Part shown: positions 63,708 through 64,000 of the stretch, piece by piece
How positions within the stretch are numbered: position 1 is the stretch's first letter
Layout: every line of letters starts with the position of its first letter
Source: a virus
Lineage: Duplodnaviria; Caudoviricetes
Strand: one strand, 5' to 3'
Virus record (IMG/VR): IMGVR_UViG_3300025715_000009
Span: 256,001-320,000 of that record
DNA: 64,000 nucleotides
Notes under the pieces: model-generated
What the model was told of the DNA's origin: nothing
Databases searched by the model: none
What the model saw: only the letters and a program-made list of their open reading frames with translations
Position numbers and translations under genes: made by a program

Positions 63708-64000
63708 TTTTTACCTCTTTTACTTGGATGCGTGTTGTATATATATTATTATTGATTAAATCATGACGAACTTGCTCTGGTGTCATGTTATCTGGATAAT
63801 CTACTTTTTCTATTAATTCATTCCCAATATAAATTTCAAACTTCATTTAATAATCCTTTAGCATGTTTAGCAATTAATATGGCTCTCACATCTGGTTTAT
63901 TGAAATGAATACAAGAAGAACATAATTGCATATATCTATTTTCTGCTTGTAGCATTGTAACAGTCCATGCAGTAATACTTTCTATATTCTCGCTTTTTCT

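Noticed and set aside
1-64000. Genome-wide TAG recoding (genetic code 15)
   Set aside because: Long genes are intact in code 11 and many genes end in TAG followed by intergenic DNA, tRNAs or coupled starts; only isolated codon-3 ambers were found.
1-64000. CRISPR array or Cas operon (Cas4-like and Csx15-like genes present)
   Set aside because: No repeat-spacer array or cas1/cas2/effector genes are visible; the Cas4-like exonuclease is a common solo phage gene.

Overview
This is an AT-rich, densely coding, mostly minus-strand segment of a large lytic (jumbo, T4-like or unclassified) bacteriophage genome. The host may be a spirochaete (weak inference). The left half (1-36 kb) holds many small hypothetical genes plus gp2-like, HNH, Cas4-like, RuvC-like, tmk, SLT, STAS, Csx15-like and I78-inhibitor genes, two MoxR-type AAA+/metallopeptidase/VWA modules (one fused, one split with head-packaging-like N-termini) and a compact tmRNA. 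The right half (37-63 kb) is a translation-control island: 39 tRNA genes (one amber suppressor, one embedded in a GOLLD-like giant RNA), tRNA-like RNAs, tRNA stubs, unexplained structured RNAs, an Rnl2-type RNA ligase and thyX. The most novel signals are: (1) a leader-peptide attenuator (30 codons, 26 distinct) with alternative hairpins directly upstream of the tRNA/RNA-ligase array; (2) four endonuclease cassettes next to tRNA stubs, at least two of which appear to have split a tRNA gene and brought a replacement tRNA; (3) an amber suppressor near a gene and a leader minigene that both have TAG at codon 3; (4) SD-led Pro-Pro minigenes; (5) a dispersed family of small proteins sharing one terminal helix motif. 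All calls were made by eye; no searches or folding programs were run.
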